A stretch of 64,000 bases of DNA, taken from Candidatus Bathyarchaeia archaeon. GTDB lineage: Archaea > Thermoproteota > Bathyarchaeia > Bathyarchaeales > Bathycorpusculaceae. Where the stretch lies: assembly GCA_038883655.1 (NCBI GenBank), contig JAVZLQ010000003.1:128001-192000 (forward strand). Direction: 5' to 3'. This document shows, piece after piece, positions 59,914-64,000 of this stretch. The notes beneath the pieces were generated by a model. The model worked only from the letters and a program-made list of their open reading frames with translations. It had not been told where the DNA came from and ran no database searches. The position numbers and the translations under genes were made by a program. Positions within the stretch are counted from its first letter, which is position 1. Each line of letters starts with the position of its first letter.

Positions 59914-61854
59914 TTATTTTTCTTCCTTTTCAAGAAAGCCCGTCAAGAATATGGCGTATTCGCATGGATGCTCATTTTGAAGCAGAGATTTTATTATTTT
60001 TATTTTCCCTTTTTTGCCGTGACTAACCCTGGAAATAATGTATTCTAGTGTTTTCTTTCGAAGCCCGCATAGCCATGTTTTCTGGCTGGTTTTGACCAGT
60101 TTGTAGTAGGGACAGCTTTTATATTTTAGGGTAAAGCCGCCTTCAAAATATTCTATTTCAACCTCTATACCAAGTTCGCGGTACATATCAATGATTCTTT
60201 CACCAACATCTTTGATGGTCCACGGGTAGTCTTCTGGAAAAAGTGCATCCAACTGCTCTTTTTCAATGGCGAAAGCTTCTTCGATTGAGTTGCATGACAT
60301 GCCTTCAATGAGTACTTGCATGAGCTTCTTACGAGGTAATGGCTCCAGAACTGGTTTTTCTAAAAGCTTCAGTTTAAAGCTTAGTAGGTTCTGGAATGTT
60401 GCTGTTGAAACTTCGTAGCCTAATTCCTTAAACATGGATTCTATTAGGATGCGTTGGCTGTTCATTACGAGGGGGTCTATCCGCTTAAAAATGATGGTGA
60501 AATGCTCGTCGTCAACAAACCTTACTTCAGCGTCGGACTGCGTCACACTAATGCTTTTGATGATAAAGTTTTTGGAAAGTCTACCAATTTTTTCCTGATC
60601 TCCCCTGGCAAGCATGCGGATGGCGTTAGAGATGCGAATTCCTGTTGCGCGATATATTTCTTCAAATTTCTGTCTATCGCTTTCGTATACTTTTGCTGCG
60701 AAGGAGTTGAAGAGATCGCGGGGGATTGGAACAACGTCTAGGAATTGTTTTCCTATTATTTGAAAGAGGTTGAGTTCGGCTAGCTGGTCTAAAACACTTT
60801 GGTCTTCCGCACCCACATATTTTATTGTCATGTTCACGTTTGCATGTTCAATTGAATATTGTAAAAGTTTCCACCCACGTGTTGCCAAAATTATTGAAAA
60901 TACGGTTACGGCTAGGCGGGCTATCTGGACGGTTGTGACTTGAAAAACTAGTTCTAGCATGTTTTCTTCTTTTTCTGTTAAAACTTTGACTTGCCTAAAC
61001 CAGTTCATTTTTATAAAGGCTGAAAGGATAGCTTTCACGAAGTCTTTTGGCTCTCTTGGAAATTCGCTGATGCCAAGAACAGTTCTAGCATCCTCTATGA
61101 AGTTACCCAAGTCTGTTACTGGTTCTTCCAAATGTTTCTCAGCCCAGCTCATAAAGGCTGGTCCAACAAGCATCAGCGTGTTTTTAAATAACCCAGGAGT
61201 AACGTTTGCCAGTTCTTTTTCAATCTGCTGTTCTAGAAAATCGCCGAATTCTTTTCTCCTTAATGTGTAAATTTCGGGGCGAATCATCTTTATGACTATG
61301 TCCTCGCCCATGATTCGTAAGTCAAAATTTACGCCTATGCCCTCCAATATCGTAGCAACTTGAAAGGCAACCATTACGGGTAAACGTTTGAAGACCTTAG
61401 GTCTTAGCACTGCTATGCTGTCGATTTCACTGTATGATGGAATGTCAAAAAGGTTTGTAAGCCCTTTTATCTCTTCTATGACCAGTAGAAACTCTTTAAA
61501 GGTCGATGGCACTTTCCATGCAACGGAACTTTTAAGTATCTCAATTATGTTCTTTGCCTCTGCTTTTTGTTCCCTAATTAGGTCTTCAATTGTTTTGTTT
61601 CCTAGGGCAACTTCTAGGAGGCTGTCAAGGCTCTTCCTACTAATTGATGTTAAGTCAAGCGCCTCTCTCAGTTTAGTTTGCTCATTAATTTTTGCTTTTA
61701 TTGTGCAGTCTTCGCAAGAGCCAACTTTATCCACCCTAAGCAGAGTCTCTACAGCTTTCTCGAGAACGCGGCTTTTCGTGCCGTATGTTTTTGCTAGTTC
61801 TTCAAGCATCTCGTTTGTTTTTCTGGTTATTGTTGTGTGAAGATGCACGGACAT
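59914..61854 (-). CDS. Putative regulator: N-terminal ribbon-helix-helix, CxxC, four tandem V4R-like domains
   Basis: HLHTTI...NEMLEELA..YGTKS.VLE.AV (RHH); CEDC; last domain CPY...C...C (V4R-like). Confidence 0.65.
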   Translation of the reverse strand: MSVHLHTTITRKTNEMLEELAKTYGTKSRVLEKAVETLLRVDKVGSCEDCTIKAKINEQTKLREALDLTSISRKSLDSLLEVALGNKTIEDLIREQKAEAKNIIEILKSSVAWKVPSTFKEFLLVIEEIKGLTNLFDIPSYSEIDSIAVLRPKVFKRLPVMVAFQVATILEGIGVNFDLRIMGEDIVIKMIRPEIYTLRRKEFGDFLEQQIEKELANVTPGLFKNTLMLVGPAFMSWAEKHLEEPVTDLGNFIEDARTVLGISEFPREPKDFVKAILSAFIKMNWFRQVKVLTEKEENMLELVFQVTTVQIARLAVTVFSIILATRGWKLLQYSIEHANVNMTIKYVGAEDQSVLDQLAELNLFQIIGKQFLDVVPIPRDLFNSFAAKVYESDRQKFEEIYRATGIRISNAIRMLARGDQEKIGRLSKNFIIKSISVTQSDAEVRFVDDEHFTIIFKRIDPLVMNSQRILIESMFKELGYEVSTATFQNLLSFKLKLLEKPVLEPLPRKKLMQVLIEGMSCNSIEEAFAIEKEQLDALFPEDYPWTIKDVGERIIDMYRELGIEVEIEYFEGGFTLKYKSCPYYKLVKTSQKTWLCGLRKKTLEYIISRVSHGKKGKIKIIKSLLQNEHPCEYAIFLTGFLEKEEK

Positions 61855-61887
61855 GACGCTTCACAGGTTATCTTTTGGGTTGGTTGC

Positions 61888-61943
61888 TTTTAAACATGTT
61901 CATAAAATGTATTAAATGTACATAAAGAAAGGGGGATGTTGAC
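61888..61943 (-). promoter_or_regulatory. TATA-like box with adjacent ATGTnCAT boxes upstream of the RHH-V4R gene
   Basis: TTTAAAA (minus strand, 61888-94); ATGTTCAT 61896, ATGTACAT 61916, degenerate copies 61907 and 61936. Confidence 0.5.
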
Positions 61944-61946
61944 TTG

Positions 61947-63725
61947 TCAACGTGGCTTTAATGGTGGTACAATAGGGCTGAACGTTGCGCCCTTTCTGGC
62001 TACAAGCGCGTCTGCCACTCTTTTTACGGCCAACATGTAGGCTGCTGTGCGCATGTTCACATTGTACTGTTTTGAGATGTTGAGCACGTCGTAGAAAGCT
62101 TTGGTTATTGTTTCCTTCAGCTTATTCCTAACCTCTTCTTCAGTCCAGTAATAGTTCATTTGGTTTTGCACTTGTTCAAAGTAGCTAACGATTACTCCAC
62201 CGGAGTTGGCGAGAATATCTGGGATTACGAAAACGCCCTTTTTGAACAAAATTTCATCCGCCTCTGGAGTTGTCGGTCCATTAGCTCCTTCTGCAACGAT
62301 TTTAGCTTTTATGTTCGCCGCGTTTTCCTTTGTTATTTGGTTTTCTAATGCCGCTGGAACTAGGATGTCGCATTCCAATTCTAGCAATTGCTCATTTGTT
62401 ATAAATGTACTGCCAGGATAGTCAACTACAGAACCAGTTTTCTCCTTGTGAATCAAAACTTTTTCTGGGTCTAAGCCTTCTGGGTTATAAGCGCCACCTT
62501 TTGAGTCTGAAACTGCAATGATTTTGCATCCGATTTCATGTAGTAGGCGCGCCGCATGATAGCCTACATTCCCATAGCCTTGAACCGCAACTGTTGCACC
62601 TTTGAGGTTTACTCCAAGATGTTTGGCCGCCTCGATGACAGTGTACATCAGCCCCCTTGATGTAGCCTCGCTTCTTCCACGAGAACCGCCCACGTGAATG
62701 GGTTTTCCCGTTACCACACCGAAGACGGGATAGCCAACTATTTCGCTGTACTCGTCCATTATCCACGCCATCATTTCCGTAGTTGTGTACACGTCTGGCG
62801 CTGGCACATCTGTGAAAGGTCCTATGAACTTCGCTATAGCGCGCACATAGCCTCTTGTCAGGCGCTCAAGCTCAGCCTTTGACATCTCTTTTGGATTGCA
62901 CCTAATCCCGCCCTTACCTCCTCCGAGAGGTAAACCCGTTACTGCTGTTTTCCATGTCATCCAAGCGGCTAGGGCTGTAACTTCGTCTAGAGTTAGGTCT
63001 GGATGATATCTTATGCCGCCCTTTGTTGGACCCAAAGCGTCATTGTATTGCACGCGGTATCCGGTGAAAACTTGGATGCTGCCGTCATCCATGACAACTG
63101 GAATGTTAACGATAAGTGTTCGCATTGGACGCTTCAATATTTCGTGTATGCCTGGGTCTAGGTTCAGTTTTTCGGCAGCCACGTCTAGCTGTTTAAGGGC
63201 GGCTTCGTAAGGGTTTGGCGCGACTGCAATGGGCGCTAACGTATCTACTTTGACAAAAACAGCTGTTTGGAGTTTCTCAATTAGGTTCTTGAGGGTTTCC
63301 TTCGCTACTTCGCCGTTGCCTTCACTGTTTCCATAAAACCATAAGTACGTCTCAATAAGCGCATCCTCCTTCTTAGTAAGGAACGCGCCAGCAGGAGCCA
63401 TTTTTGGACTCTCAGAGAAATAGTCAGTGAGAACACGTAACATGTTAAGTTCGTCGCGTGTTAGGGGCAAAAGCTTCTTTATAGGCTCTGGCGCCTTCAC
63501 GTGGACATACTCAGCGTCCATCAGCTTCTTTTGCAATTCTTCAAAGGTTTTTAGAGAATCTTCTATTGGTATGCCGAAGTTTTCAGAGTATGTTGTCAAC
63601 AAGGCATAGTGGGCTGTTGTGTAGCTTTCTATTTTCGCCGTTAACTCCGGTTTCTCGGCGAAGAAGTCCACCATTAGCTTAAGCATTCCTAATTCACGAG
63701 CCGAAAGTTCTACCGAGTTCAACAT
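61947..63725 (-). CDS. gdhA: Glutamate dehydrogenase with about 170-aa duplicated N-terminal extension
   Basis: GP.KGGIRYHP, GGGKGG, DVPAPDV, VTGKP, GYGNVG, EGANGP, PDILAN.GGV..SYFE; GAGGTG RBS before ATG 63725. Confidence 0.92.
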   Translation of the reverse strand: MLNSVELSARELGMLKLMVDFFAEKPELTAKIESYTTAHYALLTTYSENFGIPIEDSLKTFEELQKKLMDAEYVHVKAPEPIKKLLPLTRDELNMLRVLTDYFSESPKMAPAGAFLTKKEDALIETYLWFYGNSEGNGEVAKETLKNLIEKLQTAVFVKVDTLAPIAVAPNPYEAALKQLDVAAEKLNLDPGIHEILKRPMRTLIVNIPVVMDDGSIQVFTGYRVQYNDALGPTKGGIRYHPDLTLDEVTALAAWMTWKTAVTGLPLGGGKGGIRCNPKEMSKAELERLTRGYVRAIAKFIGPFTDVPAPDVYTTTEMMAWIMDEYSEIVGYPVFGVVTGKPIHVGGSRGRSEATSRGLMYTVIEAAKHLGVNLKGATVAVQGYGNVGYHAARLLHEIGCKIIAVSDSKGGAYNPEGLDPEKVLIHKEKTGSVVDYPGSTFITNEQLLELECDILVPAALENQITKENAANIKAKIVAEGANGPTTPEADEILFKKGVFVIPDILANSGGVIVSYFEQVQNQMNYYWTEEEVRNKLKETITKAFYDVLNISKQYNVNMRTAAYMLAVKRVADALVARKGATFSPIVPPLKPR

Positions 63726-63757
63726 CTTTTTCACACCTCTGAAGACTAACAAAAGTG

Positions 63758-63805
63758 ATGTTCAACTATAGAAATATTATGTCCATCATGTACATATGTG
63801 TACAA
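63758..63805. promoter_or_regulatory. Cluster of ATGTnCA(T/A) boxes in the gdh / KaiC-like divergent region
   Basis: ATGTTCAA 63758, ATGTCCAT 63779, ATGTACAT 63788, GTGTACAA 63798. Confidence 0.5.
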
Positions 63806-63881
63806 CACGATAAAAAACAAACCAAACCGCAACATAACGTTTTAATAATGCACACAAACTCTTACACACGGTGCACAACCA

Positions 63882-64000
63882 TTGGCAATTAAAAATCAAG
63901 CACTCTATTCAACTGGGATAAAAAGCTTAGATAGACTCCTCGAAGGTGGCTTATTTCTAGGAGAAAATGTTTTATGGGAAGTTGAATCAGGAACCTTCGC
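63882..64000 (+). CDS. RecA/KaiC-like ATPase domain protein (3'-partial; not in ORF track)
   Basis: Translated by hand: MAIKNQALYSTGIKSLDRLLEGGLFLGENVLWEVESGTF, showing the STGI..LD..L.GG motif; Walker A looks degenerate. Confidence 0.7.
   Translation, partial: MAIKNQALYSTGIKSLDRLLEGGLFLGENVLWEVESGTF

Noticed and set aside
1-64000. CRISPR array, transposase, integrase, reverse transcriptase/DGR, inteins
   Set aside because: No regularly spaced repeats or matching motifs seen by eye. rfcS, rfcL and kae1 have normal lengths.

Overview
Archaeal chromosomal window, densely coding, most consistent with a TACK archaeon, probably Bathyarchaeia. That assignment is inferred from eS17/eS1, Rpo12, KEOPS, a TFEbeta/RPC34 homolog, HdrA-MvhD and PEF-CTERM/Ig-like surface proteins. 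Mostly housekeeping: translation, tRNA modification, RFC, cofactor, sugar-nucleotide and nitrogen genes, plus tRNA-Glu(CTC) and tRNA-Leu(GAG). No CRISPR array, transposase, integrase or reverse transcriptase was seen. The most interesting items are: (1) a right-end locus with a glutamate dehydrogenase carrying an unexplained tandem-duplicated N-terminal domain, an RHH + four V4R-like-domain regulator and a divergent KaiC/RecA-like gene, with a shared phased ATGTnCAT motif in both promoter regions; (2) a tight translin/TRAX - endonuclease V - YhaM-type HD nuclease - tRNA-binding OB-fold operon that looks like an RNA/tRNA surveillance module; (3) an HdrC-GltD fusion + HdrA-MvhD + KorDABC operon without HdrB or hydrogenase; (4) a surface protein with integrin-alpha-like architecture. 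Also noted: a probable pseudo-dehydrogenase, a stand-alone half-MFS, a structured alba leader and a collapsed tldD/pmbA pseudogene. All family calls come from motif recognition by eye, not database searches.
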